Shown here: piece after piece, positions 1 through 11,633 of the stretch
How the letters are laid out: each line of letters starts with the position of its first letter
Numbering within the stretch: position 1 is the stretch's first letter
Source of the DNA: Octopus sinensis
Taxonomy: Eukaryota
DNA: 64,000 nt
Direction of reading: 5' to 3'
NCBI RefSeq assembly: GCF_006345805.1
Contig: NC_043004.1
Location: forward strand, 62,062,001 to 62,126,000
Position numbers and translations under genes: made by a program
Notes under the pieces: generated by a model
Database searches by the model: none
Told to the model about the DNA's origin: nothing
The model's input: only the letters and a program-made list of their open reading frames with translations

Positions 1-481
1 TGTGAACAGGAAAGGTGACAACTCTCAAGATTTTATGGAAGAGCTGTTGTTGTGTTTGCAAGCACTTGGGTGAAGAATGAGCGTTAAATTGCACTACTTT
101 CACAGTAACTTTAGTGAATTTCCAGAAGACTAGGGTGATGTTAGTGAAGAACAAATTGTACGGTTTCATCAAGATGTGAAAGTAATTGAAGAACGCTACC
201 AAGGCCCAAAGGAACTTACATCGTAATGTCTATTTACTCCCTTTAACTTTGTCTTTTGATTTATTACATTAAACGCAAGATATATTGTCTATTAAAAATT
301 GCATTTACGTATGTTAAATTATTCCTTTATGATCATTAACTAGCTGTTTCTAATAAACTAAGATATTCTATCTCAAAAATCTATGGTAGACAAATTTGGA
401 TGCCAGATTTGAATTGAGCAACCCAGAAGTAGCTAAAAGCCATTCATACATCTTGTGCTGGAAAACATGTGTTGACAAGCG
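1..481 (+). mobile_element. 3' end of a decayed DNA transposon, Chapaev3-like (CMC) transposase C-terminus plus putative right terminus
   Basis: Frame 2 (2-205) reads ...ALG*RMSVKLHYFHSNFSEFPED*GDVSEEQIVRFHQDVKVIEERYQG. This matches the MSxKxHxxHSH..FP..LGxVS(D/E)EQGERFHQD..MExRYQG motif I associate with Chapaev3-type transposases. Stops at 71-73 and 131-133. Terminus-like 'gtgttgacaagcgtaa' near 468-484. Family name from memory. Confidence 0.65.
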
Positions 482-3194
482 TAATTTAAGCTAGAGTAAC
501 TAAAAGCCTATGCTGCCGAAGACCAGTGAAAAAGAAGAATCTTAAACCGCTTGCGCAGACATCACCATTCATGGTTTAAAAATTTAGGAAATGGCGTAAA
601 CTGGACATCAGATATAGACAATAGAAACATGTTTACAGATTTGTATATGGGTAGGAATACATTGTTTGCATTGCGTGAATTAATGAGTTGTGTGGTATCT
701 ACAGTATTCTAGAGAATATTTGAACCAACTCAGTGAGAAACTATTGGCTCAGTTATAAGCAACGGAACCAGCCCGTTGTTCATATCAAGCACGAGACAGT
801 TGACGTTAAATTGTATGGTACAATTGGCTGGCCAGCAACTACGTTGGAATTAAGATGATAGTGATTATGGAGCAAATTGTAAAATATTTCTTGCGTAAGA
901 AAGCTGTTGTTAACGATGCTATGACAATACACAAATTATAGTTGGTTATGAAAATGAAAATTCAAATTGGGCACTGGAAAAATTACAAAGCCGTTTTACT
1001 ACATTCCAAAAAATATTCCATTTCACATTTGTGCTGCTAGAAATGTATAATTTCTGGTATTTTTTACGATGGTAGTCACGAAGTAAAATTAGAGGAAGTG
1101 AAAGTTGTAATAAGGTTTCCTTAGACAAAAGTATCATTACCACTCTGACCTTCCCATCGTCACTCTGTGGTCCTTTCATTATTATTTTTTTGCTATGATA
1201 TGCGTTGGCAATCTGAATGATGCTATGCTAAAAGTTTCCTAACCTTGACTCTATGGGATTCAAAAAGTATTACCATGGAGCCAGTTCATGAATACGTAAG
1301 ATTTGTAAGATTTGTAAGATTTGGTCAAAATTGCTTTCATAGATATATTAGAAAACGTGTGCATAATCAATGTTTAACTTAATTTCTCTTTCCTGGATCT
1401 TTGAATTAATTTCTTAGAAAGAAAATCGAATCCAATGGCAAAATGCAGATTTCGCGATGCCCTTCGTGATTTGAAGGTCCGTTATGTTCATTATTTATTA
1501 TTTAGGTATCAAGGACTAGTGAATCATCTAAAATTAGTTGTAAACTGTGAAATGAGGGAGACACGGAGCTCGAGATGCAGAACAGAAAAATAAAATTGTC
1601 AATTGGGTCTTACAGAACATTCGGTTAGGGTAATTGAAAGCAGAAGGGTCATTTTACCATTTTTTTCATGCTTCAAAGGAAATTATATAATTAAAATAAG
1701 CAAAGAACTCATAAAGTGTTTATTCTAAAACGGATAGTACCAAATTACTTTATTTCAGTAATTTCTTTTCAGTATTCTTTTTATTTGATCATTATATGTA
1801 TTAATGACATTTATCCCGTGTTGCTACAAAGAGATTGTTTTCGTACGATTAGTTTCCCAACACAAAATATATTATCACGTTTTCTATATCACCTCTAGCT
1901 TTAGAGGAGCATCCATCTCATCGACCTTATATGGCAATATATTCAGTAGTGTATTGGCATTCCGGAACACAAATACACCTTATTTTCTGCTATCTGAGTG
2001 CCTAGTATATTATGTAGTATATTTGAGTTTCCAAATTTATAAGTAGCAGCAACTCTGTACTATGAAATAGAATGAATTAATCATCTGTTGTTTTGACGCC
2101 CAAAGGATGACAATATGAAAGAAATGAAGATATTTCGAAATGTAAGTTTTATTAAGAAAACTTCTGAAATTTTGTAGGATATGCCATTCGAAAATATACT
2201 TAAAACATAAAATTATCAAGGTTTCAACACACGAACTTCTATTATAGACATCTATAGTACATGTACTCTGAAAGTTCCAGGAGTATCATGCATGTATCTC
2301 ATATTCCTTCCTCTTTACAATATATGATCTTATGTAAACTTTCAGCATTTCCCTTAAATAACAACGGTTTTGTTGAAAGCTATGTGACTAGGGATATAAT
2401 GGGCGATAAAACTCATGCAACAACCAGTCTTTCTAATAGCGAAGAACATGTCGTTTAATAATTAACAAAAAGGGTGGGATTTTCTAATTCTTTCAAAATT
2501 GATTCTATTTATTTATATATTTAATACCGTCCAAGTCTATCCACAAGCATTTGTTCTATAAAATGAATATCTTAAGTTATCTAATCTGGGGACCTGGAAA
2601 AAATATTGCTTTATGTTTTGTCATCCAAACTACACTTCGAAAATAGTTACATTTTCAGTATGTTTTTGTGAATAGCATGTAAAATTTCGTAAAGCTGATA
2701 GCTTTTCTATAGAACAGCAGGATATTTATAATTCTTTAGAGCTTGGATGTGTAAGCGAATGTAATATTTTTTTACTAATTGTTCCAAATGTATACAAAAA
2801 TATTTCAAACTTCTAATATACCAAATCTTCCTCATTCTAGTGCACAAGTGAATTGAACAATATACTAATGGGTCTTCCGTATCCCAAGCACTGCAGTGGT
2901 AATTCGCAAGATACCTATGGAATCAATTCTGACAATGAAACAAAGAATAGTTATTTGTAAACATTTAAATACATGCAAATCAAATATGATTGTAACCAAC
3001 TACATTTGATGCTGCTTAATAAAACCGTAGATATATCTTAAACAAATTATATCGATAGGCTGAAACCAACTGAGAACTTGAGCTGCGCGCAAACATAACC
3101 ATACTAAACAATTCACTGGTAAATACGATGAAAATTTGCTGTGTTCACTGCAAGTTTACATTCTATATTCAATTTTATTATTCATTACAGAGAA

Positions 3195-3398
3195 CTCTCT
3201 CTCTTTACTCTTTTACTTGTTTCAGTCATTTGACTGCGGCCATGCTGGAGCACCGCCTTTAATCGAGCAAATTCGACCCCGGGACTTATTCTTTTTGTAA
3301 GCCCAGTACTTATTCTATCGGTCCCTTATGCCGAACCACTAAGTGACGGGGACATAAACACACCAGCATTGGTTGTCAAGACACAAGCACACACACGC

Positions 3399-3429
<31 letters not shown>

Positions 3430-3594
3430 TACGACGGGCTTCTTTCAGTTTCCGTCTACCAAATCCACTCACAAGGCTTTGGTCGGGCCGAGGCTATAGT
3501 AGAAGACACTTGCCCAAGGTGCCACGCAGTGGGACTGAACCCGGACCCATGTGGTTGGTAAACAAGCTACTTACCACACAGCCACTCCTGCGCC
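3195..3594 (-). mobile_element. tRNA-derived SINE, family A (bipartite, with internal CA/TA microsatellite)
   Basis: On the - strand: A-box-like TGGCTGTGTGG, B-box-like GGTTCAGTCCC, body 'ccttgggcaagtgtcttctactatagcctcgg', tail 'gactgaaacaagtaaaagag'. Homologous copies at 14732-15151 and 31358-32190. Confidence 0.9.
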
Positions 3595-4024
3595 TGATTT
3601 TTACTTGCGAAAAAAACCCGCTTAAAATTTACTATACAAGTGCTATATGACGTAGTTTTTCTCTTCCGCGTCACGCACGTGCCCCTTGTTTTATTTTTAT
3701 TTTTAGACATTTTTCTTGCACAATATTATTCATTCGTGTCGAAAAACAAAATCTCAAAAAGCGATACCTAAAAGGAGACTGAATTTAACACATCTTATTC
3801 TATGCAGAAATGATACATGATATGCAATTTAATTCAATCACTTAATGCAAGTGCATAGAAGATTAACACATTAACACAGTATATTAACAGAGATTAACAC
3901 ATTTTACAATCGTAAAAGAATAATTTGTTCATGAAAAACAGTACATAATATTTAGCAATAAGTTTTCAGGTTAATAAGGGTTTCAAATTTCGGAAAAGTG
4001 CAAAGCATTTCTTAGGGGAGAAGA

Positions 4025-4120
4025 CGAATGACGCCACCCCGCTGGCTAAGCGAGCAGGCCAACAGAAGAAAGAGTGGGAGAAAGAGTGGTGAAAGAGTAC
4101 AGCAGGGATCATTGCGCCTG

Positions 4121-4186
<66 letters not shown>

Positions 4187-4241
4187 AGGCGCAATGATCC
4201 CTGCTGTACTCTTGCACCATATATATATATATACTCTTTCA

Positions 4242-4244
<3 letters not shown>
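4025..4244. mobile_element. Rearranged SINE family B' fragments forming a 33-bp inverted repeat around (CT)n(TA)n
   Basis: 4087-4119 and 4187-4219 are reverse complements with 1 mismatch. The sequence matches pieces of the SINEs at 15322 and 22311-22613. Confidence 0.85.
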
Positions 4245-4289
<45 letters not shown>

Positions 4290-4369
4290 TATATTTAATG
4301 CATTAAATTATCCAATCTTCAGGTTAATGTAGTAGTGGTGACAGTCATGCTTCACAATTTTTGACTGTA

Positions 4370-5880
4370 GTGACCTATTATAGCTGGTCAAGCATACCCT
4401 ACCCACCGTCTAAGCAATTTTATTGACATTGTTTTGAAACCGCTATGTACTTATATACCCAGTTTCATCAGGGAGGACATCGACTTCCTGTCCCATCTTC
4501 CCAAAACAACAGAAACAAATTCTACACCAATATTCCACACGATTTAGGAATAAAGGCGATTAAACACTGGTTAGAAAAACATAGAGAAGTGATTTCCAGC
4601 AGATTCACAGTGCCATTTATATTAGACACAGTCAAACTTATTCTAGAAAACAACACATTCTTCTTCAATGGAAAGAATTACATCCAAATTTGAGGCACGG
4701 CGATGGGAACGAGGTTTGCTTCCGTTTACGCCAACTCTGTAATGGGATACTTAGAACAACAACTCTACCAAGAGGTGGAGGTAAACTATGGCACTGGATT
4801 TAGAAAGTATATTGAAAAGGCATGGAAGAGATACCTTGACGACTGCTTCATAATCTGGACAGAATCTCTAAATACTCTGGAAGAGTTCAATATCCTCCTG
4901 AACAGCCTACACTCATCTCTCCAATTTACAAAGGAGATGAGTAGTACCAAATTACCATTCCTAGATATAATGGTAATTAAAAAGGACACCACCATCACCA
5001 CAGATATATACTATAAACACACAGACACACATCAATACCTGAATTTTAAGTCGTGCCATCCACCACATACAAAACGCAACATCCCGTACTGCCTAGCCAG
5101 ACGAATTTGTACCATTGTAGAAGATGCAAATATCAGGAACAAGCGTCTAAGAGAACTAAGAGAATTTTTGCTCAAACCAAAATACCCATCTCTACTTATA
5201 GAAAATGGCTTACAGCGGGCTATAAAAATACCCATACAACAACTTAGGACAACCCAAGGAAGAGGAAAACAAGAACAAGTCATACCATTCATAGTGACAC
5301 ACAACCTATGTCACCAGAATATCTTCAACATTGCCAAAGCAAACCTACCAATCATTGCTCAAAGTAATGAATTAAAAGATATAATCACGGATCGAGCTAT
5401 GGTTCTTACTAAAAGACAGCCTAAAAACTTGAAAAAATTATTAACAAACGCAAAATTTGACCTTAGCAACAAAGACCAAATATTCACTGTACCTAAATGC
5501 AATAATAGCCGAGTGGCACATGCCAATTCAAACATACCGGCCAATATATAAACACAAAAAAACCGGGAAAATATTCACAAACGCGAATATGAACTGCAAA
5601 AGCAGAAATTTAATTTACTGCATCAAATGCCCAAATTATGAAAACATATATGTAGGTCAGACGGGAAACGTGCTATCAGAACGCTCACGTGTACACCGAC
5701 AACAGATTAGAGACCCAGAGGTCCGTCAGATACCTTTGAGTAACCACCTAGCAACATGTGGTCGGAAAATATATATAATATTTCCATTCTACAAATTACA
5801 CACCCCAAGTGAAATCGAGAGGAAAATCAGAGGAAAAGAATTTTATTGATAAATTCGAACCCAAGCTAAATAAGCAATAA
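4370..5880 (+). mobile_element. Penelope-like element relic: reverse transcriptase plus GIY-YIG endonuclease (pseudogenised)
   Basis: PIIAGQAYPTHRLSNFIDIVLKP; YTNIPH; GTAMGTRFASVYAN; WKRYLDDCFIIW; LPFLDIMV; DIYYKHTDTHQYLNFKSCHP; endonuclease CKSRNLIYCIKC..IYVGQTG..LSER..VH. Stop at 4691-4693 and frameshifts. Confidence 0.92.
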
Positions 5881-6494
5881 TAATAATACTTAGAGGTACT
5901 ACTTCTACTGCTACGACCATGAACACTAACAAACAACAATACTAAAGGTGATCAAGAAGAAGATAGCAGGAAAAGTATCTTATTTAGGGTTAAAAGTTAT
6001 ATTGCCACCACCATTACCACTAGCAACAGTAATTAAGGTGCTGACAATGATGATGATGACAATTGAAATATAAAAATCCCTGACAAAGGCTATTTACAAC
6101 ATTTCTAAAAATAGCCCAAAAATTGCTGCTTCGGCCAGGGTTAAGATACAGGACTCTTGACATGTTCAACAAAGCGTGATATCTAAACCAACCAATCAGC
6201 ATAAGTAATTGAGTGATGCTACACACTGATTGGTCAGAATAGTTTGCAAAATCAAAGGAAGGTGCAGAAAAGGCGCACTCCGAATGAATACCGTAACAAA
6301 ATCTGATGGCAGTAAGAATTCCTCGAATTATGTAATCAAAAAACCAGTTGAAAGGACGGGAGGGACGTAGGGCAGAGTGAGCGAGTGGTAAATAGTTAAT
6401 GCGAAGAAAAAACAAAGAAAAAACAATGAACAACCACTACGCGAGTTCGTGGTACACAGTACGGGCGTCTTGTAATACGTTGCATGTGCCTTGA

Positions 6495-6586
6495 TATCAC
6501 GATGTTGTTTATTTCTTAGTCTTTTACTTCGCTGTTTTTGTATTAATTTCATATATATACTATATATTATATATATATATATATAT

Positions 6587-6639
<53 letters not shown>

Positions 6640-6685
6640 ACATACATACATACATATTATGTATGTGTATCTATATATATGTATG

Positions 6686-6716
<31 letters not shown>

Positions 6717-7034
6717 TAAATATTAGGGAATAAATCCAAATACAGGGAAAATCAGATAGGATTAATCCAATTTTATAGTAAAATATTATAAAATATTATT
6801 AGAACAAAACCACTATTTTGCAAAACAAACAAGGAAAGACTTAATCAATACATAAAATTTTAATAAATAGTCAAAAAAACCGCCACTACAATTGTTTCTG
6901 TCTGATCGACATCTTCAGGTGGACTTCCAATAAGTCAGTTTCAAATTATGAAGTCTATTTTTAAAATTTTATGTATATAAGTCTTTCCTTGTTGTTTTGC
7001 AAAATAGTGGTTTTGTCTCTAATAATATTTATAT

Positions 7035-7074
<40 letters not shown>

Positions 7075-7250
7075 CATACATAGATATATTATAATATATA
7101 TATATATATTATATATATATATATAATATTACATACATATATATATCTATATATATATATAATATATATTATTATGTACATACATATATATATTGATACA
7201 AAAACATACGAAGAAGAAGAATAAGAAAAAACCACATCGTGATATTGTGG
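6495..7250. repeat. Nested inverted repeat (fold-back) downstream of the PLE
   Basis: 6791-6860 pairs with 6962-7030 (aatattattag-a-acaaaaccactattttgcaaaac...). 6495-6555 pairs more loosely with 7193-7250 (acatcgtgatat motif). (TA)n tracts lie between the inner and outer pairs. Confidence 0.75.
6883..6922 (-). ncRNA. Minimal type I hammerhead ribozyme motif
   Basis: The - strand reads CCAC-CTGAAGA-TGTC-GATCA-GACA-GAA-ACAATTGT-A-GTGG: core CUGANGA...GAAA, stem II 4 bp, palindromic stem III ACAATTGT, GUA cleavage triplet, stem I CCAC/GTGG. Confidence 0.7.
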
Positions 7251-7286
7251 ATATGTTATGTATGTGATATATATAATATATAATAT

Positions 7287-7320
<34 letters not shown>

Positions 7321-7466
7321 TACTTAATATCACTTCCCCATACAATTGTAGTTCGTTTTCGAATCCATTTGCAAATAAATCTCGAAGCCATGATATACTT
7401 CAATTAATTTCTGCTGTCATTGATATAATCTGTTAAGCTTTACCTCGCTTCATAAGTTCATGATAT

Positions 7467-7517
<51 letters not shown>

Positions 7518-7570
7518 ATATATATAATATACATTATAATACATACATACATACATACATACACACGCAC

Positions 7571-7609
<39 letters not shown>

Positions 7610-7627
7610 TATACATACATATGTATA

Positions 7628-7693
<66 letters not shown>

Positions 7694-7701
7694 ATATAAA
7701 G

Positions 7702-7717
7702 ATATAGATAGATAGAT

Positions 7718-7776
<59 letters not shown>

Positions 7777-7780
7777 GGAT
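7702..7780 (+). repeat. (AGAT)n microsatellite following (TA)n tracts
   Basis: Visible tandem GATA units. Confidence 0.95.
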
Positions 7781-8559
7781 ATATAGACATTTATCACTTT
7801 GCTTCTTAATACCGTTGCACAACTATACGTACATATGTGCATTTATAGTGGAGAGTGTTTTAAAGAGATAGGGACGGATTGCGGATAATCACAGAGGAAT
7901 ATGCAATTACATATATGATCTTTCTCAGTGTGTAAAAGTAGAAAAGAAGCAGTATTCAACGCCTTATTAAAAGTACTGCATTTCTACATATTACCACAAT
8001 AAGAGCAAATATTTGATAATATCAGGCTCTATAATTTGGTTAGAGAAGGATAGAACTATAGAGATGTTTGTCTTTCATCATTTAATAAAAAGATATGATG
8101 TTATCACTCGAAGAGATTGATGGACAAGAAAATACTTCGAAGCGTTATGAACAACGTGTCATTAAATGTATGCGGATAAGGATGTTTATTTGGTTCATAA
8201 TTAGGAGAAAGTTGGCAGAAAGCTACATCTATGAGTAATTGAATAACATATATATTTGCGTGCGTGTATGTTTGTTTGTGTGAGTATACCTATAGGTATA
8301 TACATATGTGTATGCATATGTATATATGTATCTATATATATATATCTATCTATATCTATATATATATGTATATATATATATTATATATATGTATATATAT
8401 GCATATATACAAATGGAACAAAAAGGCAATAGAGTGTGCTAAAATGTTAGGGCAGATAGACGACACAAAGCGCGGAGAAGAGAAGCAACAATTAGGACAT
8501 GCAAAAAATAGAAGGGTCATTCTTGGCCTCCGTTCATCAGTCAAGTACCAAAACTCATG

Positions 8560-9680
8560 ACCATTTCGGACAGTTACATTTGAGATGCTTCAATCTGGTT
8601 TCCCCAAAATAGTCTGAGCTAAGAGCATAAGACCTCTATGTAAGGAAGCTGGCGAATATGTACGGCAACAAAGACGAAAAACAACAAAGAAAGACCGGAG
8701 ATCAAGGTACACGGTTACAAATACAACAAGAAATAAGACACAGGCCCCTTTCGACTTAAAACGATTCCAATTGAGCTGGCCTGTATGAAGAAAAAGCCTA
8801 AAGACAGGATCATCGGAGATGGACAGAAGACGTCTTGACAGTCAAGACAGAAAGACCATAGCTGGCCGGGCCCCGGCAACGTGGAACAAGAAGAGAAGGG
8901 TGAAGGACAGCAGGATTGGAGGTTAAAAAAATCAGAGACAATGGGTAAGGTGCAGGGGAGATAAACGAATGGAAAATGGTGGGAGTTAAAGAAAGTGAGG
9001 GCCAATGAATGTGAGTGTGGGAGAAAAGGAAAGAAAGGAAGAAAAATTAGAGGGGGAATAAAAGATAAACTCTGAATTGTATGACGCTTATTCGTTCATT
9101 CCACTCTTCGTCCCCCCCCCCTTACATTTCTTTGCATTTCTTGCTCAATTTTCACTTCACTATGTCCCTGTCTCTTTTTTCTCGTCCTTCCTTAATTATT
9201 CTGTCCATCTGCTTCTACAACTCTTTGTCTCATTCTCTCTCTTCTCCTCCCCTCCTTAATTCTTTTGTTCTTCTTTTTCTCTCTCTCCTCTTGTCACGTC
9301 AGAGAGAGGCTAGACTGTTTGCACTCTTTTTTGCATTTGGCTGTGGTCACTGCTACATCGATATTCTTCCCTGTGTTCGTGAAAATCTTATATCTCTGCC
9401 GTAGGCTTCATTTCCACACACGCCAGCTGTATTCACTTCGTCCCCAGTCGAAAGACACCTGTTGTTATGTCCTGTTATTATTATTATTTTTATTTTTAAT
9501 GTATGTTTGTATTTATTTTCGTGTAACATTGTCTGTTTTTCTGTCCTTGTTTTTGTATACATTCGATACTTTTTTCCAAGGAATCTAATGCTCTTAGCTT
9601 TGTTTTTCCTTGGGGCTGGCCAGATTGGAGCAATCTCAAGACTAATCGGCCGAAATTGCGAGGATGATCTGCTTCTTGAC
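8560..9680. repeat. Old ~1.1-kb fold-back made of two diverged, oppositely oriented copies of a repeat tail (PLE-tail-like)
   Basis: The reverse complement of 8560-8870 aligns with 9335-9680 in ordered blocks (gctatggtc/gctgtggtc; taggct..gccagct; agtcgaaag..ctgt; atgctcttagct; ttgggg..ccagattg.agca.tctcaa; ccgaaat.g). The purine-rich to pyrimidine-rich switch is near 9075. Confidence 0.7.
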
Positions 9681-9836
9681 TGAGGATATTAAACCTGCAA
9701 AGCATTACAAATATATCATAAAAGAAAATTGCTCCGCAGAGTTTCACCTACCCGTTAATCGGGCAATCTAATCTGTCCGACGAACAGAAACTTCTTTCTG
9801 ACCTCGTCTAGAGAATTCATATTTTTTCCGTCCTAG

Positions 9837-9953
9837 TGATTTTGGAAACTGCGGACTAAATGATGATAAGATGGGGCAATGTACGGCGAATGTGGTGGAT
9901 GGGGCATCGTTTCCCATTCAAAATGCTCCTGCCTCAGGAATATCATCCTCACT
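9837..9953 (+). CDS. Candidate internal exon (117 nt, phase 2-2), product unknown
   Basis: Acceptor ttttttccgtcctag, donor CT|gtatgt, open frame DFGNCGLNDDKMGQCTANVVDGASFPIQNAPASGISSS. No family recognised. Confidence 0.3.
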
Positions 9954-10455
9954 GTATGTGCCTGAGTATTATTCTAATGGAAGAAAAACTTTCATGTAGA
10001 AAACACAGATGGTTGATTTTCCTCTACCGATGATTTAAAGAGATCGTCCTGCGAAGTAGTGACTTGATTCTCAATACTTTAGAGCGGGAAATTCTGGAAA
10101 CCTCTATGCATATGGAAAAAAAAAGAGGAATTCAAAAATTTTGGGCCTAAAAGGAATTCTAGGAATCAATACGTGCTAAAATGAAAACAAAATCCAGGAA
10201 GCGCCCTATGCGCTGAGTTGCATAATAATATTTAAATGATACTCCTGACTGTTATCCAGATATATGTGCATATGTCGGTGTTGTGTATATGTGCGTATAT
10301 GAGTAGGTGCACATTGAGCAAACAATATATTCAATATATAAGCTTCCTAGGTCTGCTACAAGTATATATCCTCAGATATCTAAAGTATGTAAATCTGTAC
10401 CTGCGCCTAAAACAGCTCAATTGATAAGCTGCTATATCGATAATTACTCAGACTA

Positions 10456-10490
<35 letters not shown>

Positions 10491-10940
10491 TATACGTTAC
10501 ATGCACATGCAAACGCACACATGTTTACACATAGATATACTTCAGTACCTACAAATAAACTACAATCACTCCATACGTCCGTACCTACTTACGCTTACGT
10601 GTCGGCGTCGGAGAGGGGAATACTGTGTACGTGTGCAGTTGTGTATTAAGCGAACAGCAATATATTTTTGCTGTTTTTATTCTTTTTTTACGTTGGAATT
10701 AAGGAAGTCAAAATATATATAGCCGTTGTTCAGCATTTCGCCGCCGTCTACATTTTTTTTCTGCAAAATTTTCTTAATTTCGCCTGCTTTATTTGTCCCC
10801 AAGTGATATATATATATAGAAAACATAACATAGCTTCCCTTCAACAAACCGGCGTTAATTTGGGCCTGCTGTTTATAAAAAAAACACTTTATACATACAC
10901 ACACACAAAAACATATGTATTATGTAAATATGTATTTATA

Positions 10941-10996
<56 letters not shown>

Positions 10997-11153
10997 AATA
11001 TATATATATATATTATATATATATATATATTATATATATATATATATGTGTGTGTGTGTAAATATATATATACATTTCTATATATATATTATATATATAT
11101 ATATATCTGTGTGTTTATAAATATACACTTATGTATTATATTTATATATATAT

Positions 11154-11215
<62 letters not shown>

Positions 11216-11577
11216 ATATACACGCATCTATATATAGATTTGTTGTGTGTGTACATTTTTATGTATGCCCCTGGAGCCATAGATTGTGCTTAAAACAATT
11301 TTTACCAGATATTTATGGCTTAAATGTAATAAAATATAATAGAATACAAATCAATATATCATTATGTATCTGATTTCTCACAAACACTTTTATACGATAT
11401 TTCGTTATATGTCTCCCGTTATTTCATTTTAGATTTCAAGCCAAAGCCCATAATATAATTTGATTCAACTAGTTCTATATCATATATTATTAGCCAGTCC
11501 CTAGCTGTCTACTGCTACAGTTGTAAAAATTTCTTCGTTTGGACTATATAGCAGAGATTTGTGCCTTTCATATTCAG

Positions 11578-11633
11578 AAATGTTTGTCGGATTTAAGAAA
11601 TTTTGGTGCGAGAAACAGCTACTAGTAAAACAG
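11578..11633 (+). CDS. Candidate small exon (56 nt)
   Basis: Acceptor gtgcctttcatattcag, donor CAG|gtaaat, one open frame MFVGFKKFWCEKQLLVKQ. Confidence 0.2.

Noticed and set aside
1296-1322. Short tandem duplications (gtaagattt x3; similar at ~19908-19930, 30031-30056 and 33266-33298)
   Set aside because: Ordinary slippage duplications with no further structure.
2106-2458. Possible exons DDNMKEMKIFRN (2106-2141, gtaagt donor) and AFPLNNNGFVES...EEHVV* (2346-2458)
   Set aside because: The phases do not join (0 versus 1) and there is no homology, so this is too weak to list as a feature.
7433-7842. IYIY/YLSI-type ORFs here and at 4028-4306, 10668-11373, 14210-14620, 20613-20876, 23186-23700, 57570-58005, 58600-58928 and 62940-63371
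   Set aside because: They are translations of (TA)n and (TCTA)n microsatellites, which lack stops in some frames.
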